From Girardia tigrina (lineage: Eukaryota), in contig MQRK01219172.1 in NCBI GenBank assembly GCA_001938485.1, forward strand, positions 6,538 through 68,790: a stretch of DNA of 62,253 nt, given 5' to 3'. The notes below the pieces were generated by a model, which was not told the DNA's origin, did no database searches, and saw only the letters and a program-made list of their open reading frames with translations. Numbering within the stretch: the stretch's first letter is position 1; each line of letters begins with the position of its first letter. A program made the position numbers and the translations under genes. This document shows positions 38,945 through 53,110 of this stretch, piece after piece.

Positions 38945-41614
38945 TTTGCTTAATAATTTCCTACCAAATATTCAAAATGATTAAAGTGGTGTCATACACA
39001 TATTTTGTCACAGATTTGAGTGTACAAGTGGATAAATTTCGTTAAAATAATATATTGGACCGCGTGGGATGCACATGACAGGAGAAGAGGTTGAAACTGA
39101 ATCAGAATTATGATACTTATGAACTTTCTGCAACAAATAGCGTTTGCTTTCATTTAATTGTGTTTTTGTCTTATTTATATTTTATATTATGAATACAATT
39201 TTAAATTATTGGATAACTATTTTAAGCACGTTTGTAAAATCTAGTCTTAATTTATTATTTGATTAAAATTTTCAAGTCCCTACGAATATCCGATAATTTG
39301 ATGATGTTATATAGTAACCATTTATTTAGTAAATGAAAACGGTTCTCACAGACCTTTTGAAGGTTTGGTTTATACAAATAAAAAACCCAAAGATAAACTT
39401 TATTCAGTATCAAATTGGAATTATAAAACGGTTATTGTTACACAATGAAGTGCACTGAAATCACGACTAATTTATTAATTGTTGAACTATAATAATTCAA
39501 ACTTTCACAAAGAAAAACGATTTCAAATCAACTTTCTATTTATAGACACAAAACTATTGTTGTAATTTGTAATGATATACAATTAGTACAATTAACGAGA
39601 ATCGTATGAAAACAGATTTATTCTTTGTTTTGCAAATCCTTTATTCAGTTCATGTCATGAAGCTGATGAGACAATTACTGATTATATTTATTGTTCATGC
39701 GTTTTGATTTGAAGGGAGCAACGTTTGACAATCGGTGTGAATGTGTGTACGTATGAGAGTGAATGTGTGTGATTGTGTGAACAGCGTGCTGCAGTCCAAT
39801 TAAACAGGCAGTTGACGTGATTTTTTATCATCAAATGGAAATATCTAACCAAAAGAAAACTGGATTAGTCACCAATCTGAGGCAAGCATGAGAGAGAAAT
39901 TGTGCTGCCCCAGTACAGTCGGATATTGTTTATATTATCGATTATCGCACGTGGTGCCACATTATTATTACAATTGAAATTTATTATTAATACTAATTTT
40001 ACACATTACAATTACACTGAATAAATAATATTATTTAAAAACAAAAAGTTTTAATTGAATATTTTGTAAAATATATTTAAAATTTGAATTTGAACCAAAT
40101 GTTTTTTTTGTTGAAAATTTTGTAATGAAATATGATATATGATAATATTTCATAACTTATTGTTATGAAATATTGAAATAATCGTTTATCGAAAAAAAGG
40201 ATTGTTTAATAATAACCCGATCAATTGTATTAAATAACAAAAGATAATAAATTATTATATATGTCAAGGAAAAAAAACGCACACTTTTTAAAAATTTAAT
40301 TTATTTTTCAAAATGAAATTTTAATTTTTAGATTTTTATAATCGTATTTGTTTTTATTTTCGGTAATTTTCTTTTTTTTTTTGTCAAACTCCTACAACAA
40401 CACTACCAATATTCCAGTGAACATTTCCCACCAATAACATTCGTTCAACAGCTAATTAAAATTTGATTAAAATATTGAACACTTTTACCAACTATAATAT
40501 ACAGAATCAGTAAAAAAAAGGTTCACCCAGGTGGGGAATTATAATTAAATGAGGCACAATTGGTTGGCATTGTATGTGTGTGTGCATATATGACTCCCAT
40601 CATGTTTGTATATATAGAAGTATCGTGATGAATGTATGTAATAAAGGTGTGCTTAGTGCAAAAATAGGGTGCTGCATTATCTAATGAATTTCCTCGATAC
40701 CGATTTGCCAATAGGTTATCTACTCGGTAGAAGCTCATTTGAAACAAGCCAAAACAAAACATATTTTAATATAAAGACTAATACTTTATTATCACTTTTT
40801 ATAACACAAGATAACATAATCAACGGTAAGTTATTAATTTAATAATTGTAGGTATTAATATTGTAATTATTATTTTACGTTTTCTTTTTTTTTGCTTTCG
40901 AATTCCCCTCACGATTTACTACTACTACTATACACAATAAAAGCACTATTGATCAGGGAATAGTTCCATATTACAACGAATCATCCTCATTGTTCGGTTG
41001 TCATCCAACTCATGCTGATAATCAACTTGAAAACAAAACCTATTGGTGAAACATTGCCGCTTTTTTTATAGGAAAAACAAAAACCCCTTAATAGAACAGC
41101 GAGGCAATATAATGCATTGTTACGTTTTGCATTTCCAACTGATGTTATTGTTTTATTGTGAAAACTGACCTCAGTTCTCCCTCTCATTTAAAGGATTCTT
41201 TTCAATAAGTATATTATCATTACCACTGTTTATATTCTTTCCTTTGGGATTCTCGGGGATATTGGGCTGTTTTAATAAACCTTTCTCGGGTTTTTTTTCA
41301 CTAATTGTCATTTTTAACTATGGTATAGATTGTCATTTTTGACAACTTAGTATATTATTGATGTTGGTATTGTTTTGGTCTTGTTAATCGAGGTTTAGTT
41401 GCTACATTTTGGGAATTTCTTCAATATCGTTTTATGTTTCTGTCATTTGGATTTAGTTACGTATTCACACTATAAAATGTTGGTTAATATAATAAATTTT
41501 ACTTTCAAGAAAATGTTTAACTATCCATACTACCATTTTGTTAGTGAAAAAATATAATTAATGAAGTTCAGGGTTTAATATTGGGTTTTGATTTGTTTAT
41601 TTCAGGCTTTTGAA

Positions 41615-44600
41615 ATGGCGTCAAGGAGAAAGACTAATTTACCGAACAGGATTGACTTGAAGATCGAAGATGAAAGCAATGAGCATATTGATGTTGTTCA
41701 TTCGTCGACATCGGAGAATACAGTGTCGAAAATAATGCAGTCGATTAAAGATTTAACAAACGAATTATCGAATTTCGATGATCGGTTGCGTTTGATCAGT
41801 GACGTGCAGCATCGGCTAGATGAAATGAAAAATGAGTTACTTGTAAGCTTTTTATTGCGTTCAAAAGATCATCTTATTGTTATTCTAATAGAAATGTGAT
41901 GAGGTTCCCTTAAATTTAATAACACCCAAAGACGATAAATTTCCAATGAATTCAAATTATGATACTACTGTAAGAATAATATATATTATAATATATTAAT
42001 ATATTATAGAAACATTCTCAGTCACCAAAAGGGAGTCCAGAAGAACGGGAACCCATTTTGTTATATAAACCCGGAGATAATTCCCAATTCGGAAATAATA
42101 TTCTCAATTCTATTTCACCATTAATTTCAAATGGTTTTCCTTTTCAATGGAAAGCACAATCTTCTCAGGCAATCGCAAACGCTTTATTGGCTTCTCAGTC
42201 TCAGAATATTCATGCAAACATCAATGCAGATTTAAATCCAAGTCTTCTGCTCAATTCGACCCCCTCCAATAATCTTTTTATAGCCGGAACAATGCCCCAA
42301 GCGGCTTTTTCATCGATTCTATCGTCCAATCAAATGTCTCTTTTAAATAACAATTTTCTTAACAATTTGATATCGAACATGAACAATTCGATATTACCCC
42401 AGTGCGGAAACTCTCCGATCGCTCCGAGCTATAACTCATCCGTATCGTCTGAATTTACAGACATCAATGAACGGAAAATGAACACATCCGATTCGAACTA
42501 TCATACCAATAATGAGAATAAATCAGAAGTAATTTTAATAAGAAAATATAATTTATTATTTGTAACATTTTCTAGTCCGTGGGGTTATTAAACGCTCGTA
42601 TTATTCGTGCAAACCGACCGGGAGATATGGAAAATAGAACGAATCACGTTAAACGGCCAATGAACGCGTTCATGGTGTGGTCGCGCGAGGAGCGCAGTAA
42701 AATATTGAAAGTAAATGAATAAATTGTTTTGATAAATTTAATTTCAAATTAATTAATTAAAATGGTTTTCGATTCATCTGGACGTTACTTTCCCCTCCCC
42801 CTAAATACCAAAAAATATATACATATATGTATAATATACTTATAAATGTTAACAAACATTTAAATTTTAATGAATTAATTCATTTCGGTTATTTCATTTA
42901 TGAATTAGAATTTAAAGTTTTTGATTTTTTTTCTATTTTTCCGTTTATTTTTTTAATTAAGGAATATGATTTTGACTCTGAAATTTTGAAAATATTTAAG
43001 CATATTGGTTATATTTTATGATTTAGATCAAATTATTTAGGACTGAGCAGTAAAGTCCAGCCATAAACAGAAACAACGATATTTATTTAGATCTTATAAT
43101 CAAAAACGAAACATACTCTTGGGAAAATTGTACTTTGAAGAAAATTCAGATTATTAATTTTATAACTTAAGTTTACTTTTAACCTTTAAATATCATAATA
43201 GTATAACCTCTGAATCTAGCCAAAAATGGGGAACACCAAAACAAAGTTGTTAACATTTTCATTTTCTAAAATTTGATATTCCAATAATGTATTATTTTCA
43301 TTATAAGTAATCATAAAAATCATCTTCCTCTTTAGAATCTTGAATATCTGCTTTAAAATTTTAAAATGTTTGGGGAAATTTAGAGGGTTTCCATTGATTT
43401 GTAAAAGATTGTTGCTAAAAGTGGCCGAATTTAGAGGTTATACTGTACCTGAATCATAAAGTCTAATTAATATATTTATATCTTCGAAATTTCAGTATCA
43501 GATTAAAAATTTTCAAATATAAAAAATAAAACAGAAATGTTAAAACTTTTTAAAACGTTTCCTGTCCGCTGAACCACATAAGGCTCCGGAAAGTTGCGTT
43601 TAGAAAGCACTAATAAGTTCCTTGATCATAGGTGTATCAGCGAATACATACAATTTCAATAGCGAATATTTCTACGGGACGCGCTGGTACTGTGCTAAAT
43701 TTAAAAAACATACGGCTCAATTTCGCTTTTTTTTAACGTTTAACAAACTTTAATTTTGATTGATTTCATAAATAAACGAAATTTATTAAGCAGAGTTTTT
43801 TAACATTTGTCGACTTTTATATTTAATATTTTATGTATTAAAAATATTAATATTATTTAATTATATTTCATAATTTATGCAAAAATAGTTATGGATGAAT
43901 AGCAAACCTAAACCTTTTGAATAAATTTTCTATTTATAAAACAATTTTTATAATTACAAATTAAAATTAAAATTCACATATTTTCAGGCGTGTCCCGATA
44001 TGCATAATAGTAATATATCTAAGCTTCTCGGAAAGAAATGGAAGGAAATGTCTGCGGGAGATAAACGACCTTATTATGAAGAACAGTCGCGACTGAGCAG
44101 GCAACACATGGAAGAACATCCAGATTATCGATATAAACCGCGTCCCAAGAGAACATGTATAGTCAACGGAAGAAAATTAAGAATATCTGAATATAAAGAT
44201 TTAATAAAATCTCGCAAATCGAAAGGAATGTCAGATTTAGATATTTCTGCCGAAATGGATAACAGTTGGGAAGGTAATTTTTCTCTTATACAATGACTCT
44301 AAATGATTGCATAACATAGTAACATATCCTATTTCGTTTATCAACGTCTATCATATATCTCTTAATTTTCGTTTATCATTACATCGATTCAATTGTTTTT
44401 TATCGTTTTTAGAATCCAAAATTCAATCTAATGAAAAGAGTGAAACGAGCTCCCTCAGTGATACGTATACCGACTTCAACAACGAAAACCCAGCGATGGA
44501 CAGACTGGGCACATACGCCTCCCCCATATCAACCAATCACTCTCCAGAATCAACCCACCGAGACAACAAGAACAACACAATCATTTACGATCATTCTACA

Positions 44601-44675
44601 ACACAGAAAAACGAAATCCCAACGAAAATCGATTTTTCTGCCTTGTCAGACAATTCATTCCCGATTAAATGTTAA
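41615..44675 (+). CDS. SoxD: SoxD-family HMG-box transcription factor (Sox5/6/13, Sox102F-like), 6 coding exons, ~502 aa
   Basis: Exons 41615-41842, 41892-41969, 42010-42528, 42576-42710, 43988-44273 and 44413-44675; all introns are GT-AG and in phase. HMG box [22 protein letters not shown]|[15 protein letters not shown]...[24 protein letters not shown] (SoxD-specific tail). Also has an N-terminal coiled-coil-like segment and a PLNL motif. The acceptor at 41605 implies further upstream exon(s). Confidence 0.93.
42576..42710 (+). CDS. SoxD: SoxD exon 4 (first part of HMG box; missed by the ORF track)
   Basis: tctag|TCCGTG...TTGAAA|gtaaat translates to [11 protein letters not shown]...[22 protein letters not shown]. 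Confidence 0.93.
43199..43445. mobile_element. Tigger/pogo-like MITE in the SoxD HMG-box intron
   Basis: TIRs tagtataacctct / agaggttatactg followed by TA. Confidence 0.7.
43988..44273 (+). CDS. SoxD: SoxD exon 5 (remainder of HMG box and conserved C-terminal flank)
   Basis: ttttcag|GCGTGT...GAAG|gtaatt; [12 protein letters not shown]...[10 protein letters not shown]. Confidence 0.95.
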
Positions 44676-46695
44676 TTTGGTGGCATCAACCAGCAACAAA
44701 AAATGTGTACAGATTTCTATTAATTTCACTATTAGCTGATATCAGCGTTTTAAAAAAAAATATATTTTTTTTAATATTAAGTCATGATTTGTTTTTTTTT
44801 TAGTTTTGAAGATAATTTATTTTTCGTTTTGATTAATATTCGGAATAATATAATGAGAGAAGAAAAGAAAAAAAATGTATTTTACTTTTTATCATAAATA
44901 AATCATGGTGAATCAGAAAAAAACATTGGAAATTTATGTAAACAACAATTGGTGAAAATATTAGTAATGAATATGGCTTAGTGTTTTGTTTATATTCCAT
45001 CTATTATTCACTGCAGTGTGCTTCTGTAGGCAATAGAGTGGGGAGCGATATCATGCGTCACTAGTGAGATACATTTGTATTTGTATAGATACGTATTTGT
45101 TCGGGCAAATTTAATAATAATTGATAATGATAAATCCATTCTGCTATTGTAAATCTGAAGCAAAACACATCAACCCATCGTTACGTAACAGTTGCTGACT
45201 ATTACAACTGGATTTGATTTTATTATATCATCATTAGAATACAAAGCATTAAAATGTGTCGGTAATAAACAATCAACGTTTACAAAGTATGGGAATTAAA
45301 TAATTATATTTTTTCCTTTAAAACACTTTTTTTATAAATTGTGTAAGTTTAGTAAAATTTCGTTTTTTTTTTGGATAATGTTGGAAATTGTTTGATTTTA
45401 AATAATTAATTACAATTGAAATTATTACAAATTTTACTTAAGTTTTTGATTTTATATTAATCCATCAAATTGTATCCGATCAAGTTGGCAAAAAGAAATT
45501 AATATTTCACTCAAATTTTACTCGTCATTTACTAATAATATAGTAAAAGTTAAGTTTTTTTAAAAATATTAATCAAGTGTTCAAATTAAATCAATAGGAA
45601 GTGTGAATCTTTGAAGAGAAAGTCTCAAAAATAAAAAAGACACATCATCAATATACTATTTAATTTTACTTTGGAATAAAAAAGGCGATTCTATTAGTCA
45701 AATTGACATTGGTGAGTGTGACTCTGTTAATAGGATCCTGTAACGGAGAAACAGTAGAATAAAATTAATATTGAGCAACAGATTGTATTGAAGAATAACC
45801 ATTATGAATTATTAATGTTTGTAAATCAATTGAAAATAAAATTTTAGAAATAAATATCTTCTTAATATTTGAGGAACATTTCCGTGTTGTAGACAGTACG
45901 ACACAGCAACAGATTAAAGTATTATTTAATATAAATAGGTTTTCTAATTTTGAATATCTTCAAGTCTGATTTTTATTCATTATTCAAGTAAATTTATTTG
46001 CAATCAATATGGGGTATGATTCTCCACAAGAAAGATAAAAATGCTGTAAAATTTCTTGTAATTTCCCACCACACTTACAAACCCCCCCTATTTTTTTAAA
46101 AAAATCTTAAATAATTTATGAGTATAAGGATTAATATTTTAGTATTTTTTGCTAAAAGATAGTATCTGATCTAGTCGAAAAAATAGAACAAAAATTCCTT
46201 TTGTAATTCCCCACCTCTTAAATTTATGGTGGGGGAATAGTAATCCCCTAAGGATGATTACAAGAGGTATTACAGTATGTTTCTGGTGTTCAATTAGAAA
46301 ATTTGCAAAATAAATCATATTATTTTTTGATCTTATCTTTTCTGATGTTTGAGAGAAGTTTAATAACCAATTCACCAAATAACAATCCATTGTTAATTTT
46401 ATCAAAAAAACATTCTGTAAAAATTTGAAAAAAAAACTTTTAAGTCGATTATATTATAATAAATTGTAGTCGAAAATCTTCCCTTAATAATGTATACACT
46501 CTTATCGAAGAATTCAAAGATAACAAAACACAGGGTACGTACAAAGCAGCCCGAAAATTACATTAATTGTTGTTAAATTCATAAAATAGAAATTTAATTC
46601 ATGTAATCTTCGAATTAAAAGCGTCGGATTTCAAACAATGCAGCTAGTTTTGTAATTTAATTTCCATTCCGATGGGTCCGCAAACAAACAAAACA

Positions 46696-49600
46696 TGAGG
46701 TCTTAGGAAAAACTTTCTGTAAGGACTGAGTATCAATATTACTATTTGATATTACTAACTTTAAATCTTTATAACTCCAACATAAATTCAAAAATTACAA
46801 AAAACTAATCAAAATGAAATTCATTTTTAAATTTCATTTTTCATGAATATATCATCAGAAACTGGAAGTAGTGAATTAATTACTCGTTTATTTCAAAGAA
46901 AATCCACAATCAACTCAGAAAAAATTGCCAGAAAGGCAAAGGTTTGTCAGAAACAGTTTCTAACGTTATTAAAAACTTCAATGAGAACTTGAACGTTTTT
47001 TGAAAAATTGGTTCGGAAAGAAGAAATGGTTTTTCATGTACACAGAATGTGAAGAAAGTAAAGGCTCTGTTAGAGAGAAATCCTTGTCTATCTAATCGAT
47101 AACTGGCGGTTAAGGCAAATTGTAGCGATAAAACAGTTCGGAAAATTAAACAGTCTGTGGGTTTAAAAACGTATACAGTTCAAACAGTTCCAGATCGGTG
47201 TGAGGAATATTTGGTTGTGGATGTTTTTGTGTAATTTTTGCATGTTCAAATGTTGTATGTTGATTTGGGATTGTGCCTCTCCTAACCAGATGGCTTATCA
47301 ATATTTAATTTTGTATAATCTGAAACTAATTTATTTAAATTTAGATTTAATATTCAAATTTTTAGTTTTTATTATTGCAACTTTTAAATAATTTCAATGA
47401 TTTTATTTTTGTAAATTTTTAAATAATTAAAATCAAATTAATGTTAAAAATGACTATAAAAATATTTTATTTTAGCCAATCAAATTTAAATTAAATATTT
47501 TTAAATAAAATAATCTTATCAAGTATAGTTCAGATTATAATGGGATATATTGAAAATTGAGTGATGGAATCTAGTGAAAGCAATAATATTGATCATCATA
47601 AAGATGATAAAAATTGTGAATGTAATAAATGTTTTGTCAAATGTATGAGTTCTCTTAACATGGCGACTTCACACCACGTGACTCCGAACATCAAAGGTCC
47701 AGAAACATTCGATGGATCCGAGCACAAGTTAGAAGAATTCCTGATAAGTTTTANNNNNNNNNNNNNNNNNNNNNNNNNNNNNNNNNNNNNNNNNNNNNNN
47801 NNNNNNNNNNNNNNNNNNNNNNNNNNNNNNNNNNNNNNNNNNNNNNNNNNNNNNNNNNNNNNNNNNNNNNNNNNNNNNNNNNNNNNNNNNNNNNNNNNNN
47901 NNNNNNNNNNNNNNNNNNNNNNNNNNNNNNNNNNNNNNNNNNNNNNNNNNNNNNNNNNNNNNNNAAAGCAGATGAGATAATCAAAAAATTAGTAGAGAAA
48001 AAGTTGGGTAAGAAAGAACTATCAAACTTGGTCTATGCTAATATGATTGATGATGATAACGTCGATCAAGAGATAGCGATTCGCGGTGTAACAAAGGCAG
48101 AGGAAATCGAGAACATACAAATGAGGATGTATGAATACGGGAAAAAGAAAAGAAATTCACCGATTGCAGTATATAACGCAAAGAAAGAAAACGATTGGAA
48201 AACGGTGGAGAGTAAAAGAAGAACACCAAAACTACGGAACGACGATGTAAAGAGAGACGGTACAAGTCGAAACTATAAAGTCAGAAAAATAATTTGTTGG
48301 GCATACCATGAGGAAGGTCATGTTAGAATGTCCGAACGTTAAGTGTAGTCACTGTCAAAGAAGAGGACATCTACGAACACTATTATTCTAATCAGAGATA
48401 TAGAGAACGACCGGTATATATGAATAAGAAACAACACTTGGCGGAGTTAGTCGACAGAGATGATGAAATGGACAGGAGATCGGAAATGTCTGATAGAAGA
48501 GAAGAGAATACAACAAGAGATTATTCTAGAGGTAAAAGAAGATCCGGAGACGAACAGGGAAACGAGGACGNNNNNNNNNNNNNNNNNNNNNNNNNNNNNN
48601 NNNNNNNNNNNNNNNNNNNNNNNNNNNNNNNNNNNNNNNNNNNNNNNNNNNNNNNNNNNNNNNNNNNNNNNNNNNNNNNNNNNNNNNNNNNNNNNNNNNN
48701 NNNNNNNNNNNNNNNNNNNNNNNNNNNNNNNNNNNNNNNNNNNNNNNNNNNNNNNNNNNNNNNNNNNNNNNNNNNNNNNNNNNNNNNNNNNNNNNNNNNN
48801 NNNNNNNNNNNNNNNNNNNNNNNNNNNNNNNNNNNNNNNNNNNNNNNNNNNNNNNNNNNNNNNNNNNNNNNNNNNNNNNNNNNNNNNNNNNNNNNNNNNN
48901 NNNNNNNNNNNNNNNNNNNNNNNNNNNNNNNNNNNNNNNNNNNNNNNNNNNNNNNNNNNNNNNNNNNNNNNNNNNNNNNNNNNNNNNNNNNNNNNNNNNN
49001 NNNNNNNNNNNNNNNNNNNNNNNNNNNNNNNNNNNNNNNNNNNNNNNNNNNNNNNNNNNNNNNNNNNNNNNNNNNNNNNNNNNNNNNNNNNNNNNNNNNN
49101 NNNNNNNNNNNNNNNNNNNNNNNNNNNNNNNNNNNNNNNNNNNNNNNNNNNNNNNNNNNNNNNNNNNNNNNNNNNNNNNNNNNNNNNNNNNNNNNNNNNN
49201 NNNNNNNNNNNNNNNNNNNNNNNNNNNNNNNNNNNNNNNNNNNNNNNNNNNNNNNNNNNNNNNNNNNNNNNNNNNNNNNNNNNNNNNNNNNNNNNNNNNN
49301 NNNNNNNNNNNNNNNNNNNNNNNNNNNNNNNNNNNNNNNNNNNNNNNNNNNNNNNNNNNNNNNNNNNNNNNNNNNNNNNNNNNNNNNNNNNNNNNNNNNN
49401 NNNNNNNNNNNNNNNNNNNNNNNNNNNNNNNNNNNNNNNNNNNNNNNNNNNNNNNNNNNNNNNNNNNNNNNNNNNNNNNNNNNNNNNNNNNNNNNNNNNN
49501 NNNNNNNNNNNNNNNNNNNNNNNNNNNNNNNNNNNNNNNNNNNNNNNNNGTCAGACCAGCGTTTCCTATGCCAAATGTAGATGACATGCTGAACACACTG

Positions 49601-51075
49601 AATGGTGCGCAATATTTTAGTACAATTGATCTTGGGAACGCGTATTACCAAGTCGAGTTGGAAGAAGATTCAAAGATTAAAACAGCATTCTCAACAAAGA
49701 ACGGACAGTATTGTTTCAAAAGAATGCCGTTCGGGATAGCAGCAGACCCAGCAACTTTCCAAGAGCTAATGGTCAAAGTCCTAGGAGATTTAAACTGGAA
49801 AGAGGCAATAGTATATTTGGACGATGTTTTGGTTTTTGCAAAAAATAAAGAAAGGCATATGCAACGAATAAAAAATGTACTGGAAAAAATAAAGGAAGCA
49901 GGTTTAAGAATTAACCCAGAAAAGTGTCAATTTTTAACAGAAAGAACAAAATTTTTAGGATATATTGTCAGTAAGAATGGTTTATGTTTATTTAGATTTA
50001 ATATTCAAATTTTTAGTTTTTATTATTGCAACTTTTAAATAATTTCAATGATTTTATTTTTGTAAATTTTTAAATAATTAAAATCAAATTAATGTTAAAA
50101 ATGACTATAAAAATATTTTATTTTAGCCAATCAAATTTAAATTAAATATTTTTAAATAAAATAATCTTATCAAGTATAGTTCAGATTATAATGGGATATA
50201 TTGAAAATTGTTTGATGGATTCTAGTGAAAGCAATAATATTGATCATCATAAAGATGATAAAAATTGTGAAAATAATAAATGTTTTGTCAAATGTGTGAG
50301 TTCTCTTAACAATCGGAACGCTAACAAGAACGTAAAGGTGCAGTAGCGAGCCAGAAAGTTGAAATCTGGTTTTTTGCGAAGAAAAAATGTTGCATTATGG
50401 ATGATGAGACTCATGTGCTCTGCGAGTTTTTCCAGCTACCCGGACAAGAATTTTACTCTGCAATTAAGAGAGCAGGAGTTGAAGAAAAATTTAGAAGCAA
50501 GAAAAAATCTAAGTTTCCCAAAAAAATTCGTGTTTGGCAGGCTATATTTTGATGCGTGAAAAGGAGTAAATGATTTGTCACATCTGGCGCAATAAACACA
50601 GAAGTCTATGTGAAGCAGTGCTTGCAAAGGTGTTTATTACCATTCATAAGTCAGCACAGATGTTTTACTTTCTTTTGGTCGGATTTGACATCGTGCCGCT
50701 ATGGTAAGGCAGCCAAGACGTGGTTCGAAGACAATAACGTCGATTTGGTGAAAAGAGAGGCAAACCCACCAAATTCTCCAGAGCTTTGCCCAATCGAAAG
50801 ATATTGGGCCCTGGTAAAGAGGCAATTAAAGACGACAAACAAGAAAGCACAGACAATTGCAGATTTTTGGTACAAGTGGAATAATGCAGCCAAAAACGTG
50901 ACAGAAACTACAATTGAAAGTTTAATGACAGGCATTCCGGAAAAGCTCGCAGAATATATTAAAAAAAGAAATAATCTTTCTTAAATTACTAAAATTATTT
51001 TGAATTAAACACATTTTTCAAAACAATCTGCATTTTTCAATCAAAAATATGGCTTTGAAGATAGAGGATTTTAAA
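46696..51075 (+). mobile_element. DD37E (ITmD37E/TRT) Tc1-family transposon, split by a gypsy insertion
   Basis: Transposase from ~46843 resumes after the TSD at 50312. CIMDDET and FWSDL...NPPNSPELCPIERYW, with 37 residues between D and E. The right TIR is not visible because a LINE abuts it. Confidence 0.8.
47199..50311 (+). mobile_element. Ty3/gypsy LTR retrotransposon with RH, IN and part of the 3' LTR deleted
   Basis: 5-bp TSD ATCGG. 5' LTR 47199-47660 (TG...CA) and PBS TGGCGAC. Gag with two CCHC-like knuckles; RT 49568-49980 (YLDD). Partial 3' LTR ~49990-50311. Confidence 0.93.
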
Positions 51076-53110
51076 GTTAGTTGTCTCCCATCTCTTTCGA
51101 ATGGTATTGAACCGTAGGCTCTTTAGAGAATCCACCCAACTAAAGAATTTAGCACACCCCCGATAGGCCTCATACGGGGTCGTCAGCCTTCCGCTTACGA
51201 GTTCTCTCCATGGTTTAACATTCCTTTGGCCGATCCCGTGGACTTGGAGCAGCCAGCGAAGGGACATCTGAAGTTTCCTTTTGCCACTTTGTCTGTTAGA
51301 CAGAATCTCAGTACTTCTGAGGAGATCGCTTCTTCTGGAACAGTTGATGTGCTCGCACCGATGGTTGGTACCTGAAATGTGCTGGTACTTGTTGGTAAGT
51401 TTTCATTTTCTCTGATGTTGCTTTCTTTCTGAGGTTGGCGACATTTCTGTTGAGTCTTGGTAACTGTTTCTTCTGGAATGTTTACTGATGAATGATCATT
51501 CTGATAATGCCTTATTAACCACACCTGAGTGGAGTAGCTTTTTGAACAATATTGGCACTGATATGCTTTCCTTTCTGCGTCCGGTATAATTTTTTGGTGA
51601 TCCTCACGAATATGACGATTCAGTCTTTTTTGCTCTGCAAATCCTTTGTTACAGTTCTCGAGATGGCAACGAACTGTATTCATCCTTAGATTGATTAAGT
51701 TTGTTAGGTCTGCGGTCTTCTTTCCTGCTGTGTTCGCATTGCGAATTAGATAATCGAGTCTGTCTCGCATTCGGAGTTGAGCACCACTCTGAAGCAGAGT
51801 AATAACACTGTCGAGACTGGTGGTTTCTCCGAACAGCCATTTCACATCGATTCGCTGGCATTCTGATTGTTTTCGCTTTTTCCGTCCTCCGATCTTTGAG
51901 TCGCTTTCTATTGTACCTGAGAGTATTCTTTGTACGCATTCCTGACCTTCTCCGGTTTGCCAGAGGAACGTGGAACAGGAGCCGTCTTCTGGCAACGATG
52001 TCCATTGGGTGACTAAGTCCAATACTAATTGTATTCATCCTGACTTTCTCTCTTTTGTCGATGTTTAGTGCTGTTCTCGTGCACATATTGTGTAATGCTT
52101 CTAATTTCTTTATCAGAGCTTCGTTAGTTCTCCAGTTTTCTGAACCATAGTACATCATGGAAAAGACACAGCTTTCAATGATATCTTTCTTACTTCGGAT
52201 TGGTAGTAGATTACTCTTGACTATCGGAGTGATTTCTCTGAGTCTTGCGCGCCCTTTCTTAATCCTTTCCCTTACGTCTAATTCACATGTCCCTTCCGTA
52301 GAGAACTGGTATCCAAGATAGTTAAATTCAGATACCCAGTCGATTTTCATATCATCTTCCTTTGCTGCAGATCTCACCTTTGATCAATTGAGATTCATTA
52401 TCTTCGTTTTCGCGACATTGATCTTTAGCTCCATTGAAGTGAAAACTTTGTTCAAAATATCCAAACTAACCAATAGGCTGTTGTAGTCCTGATCCAACAG
52501 GCATAAATCGTCCGCATATGCTAGATGGTTGAGTTGAATCGTTCCCTAGCCATGTTTCACGTGAACTCTCCTATTCATTCCTTTTTCTGAAGCAATTTTC
52601 AGAGCCCGATCGAATACTATGTTGAATAGAATGGGGTCGAGTACACAGCGCTGTCTGGCACCCTTCTTCATTATGAATTTGTTCTCTCCAATAGAACCTT
52701 CGAAATTGTCATGGAATAGTCTGATGATTTATAGAATTCTTCCGCTGATTCCGATCTTCTCTAGTGCAGCCCATAAGATTTTCCTTGGCACACTATCAAA
52801 GGCCTTCTCACAAAGATATCCTTGTCCCCATACCTTGCATCTTCTTGCAGTTTTATCAGAAGACTGATCGCATGACTTGTACCTCTGTTACTGCGGAATC
52901 CAAATTGCCAATCACTTATGCAATTTTCTAGTATCGGAAGAATTCTATTTACGATAACTCTTGTAAGGATCTTTCCACCCACCTCTAGTAGAAAGATTCT
53001 TCGATAATTGTTCAGCTTTTGTCTGGATCCTTTACCTTTGTATATAATTATGACTCTTGCCTCGTTCCATGTTACATGAAATGCTTTGGAGCCTGTCCAT
53101 ATATTACTAA
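51075..53110 (-). mobile_element. RTE-clade LINE: RT plus C-terminal C2H2 zinc fingers, degraded
   Basis: NNYRRIFLL, QFGFRSNRGT, AYADD, FNYLG and MYYGSENW motifs. 3' tail gggagacaactaact. Confidence 0.88.
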
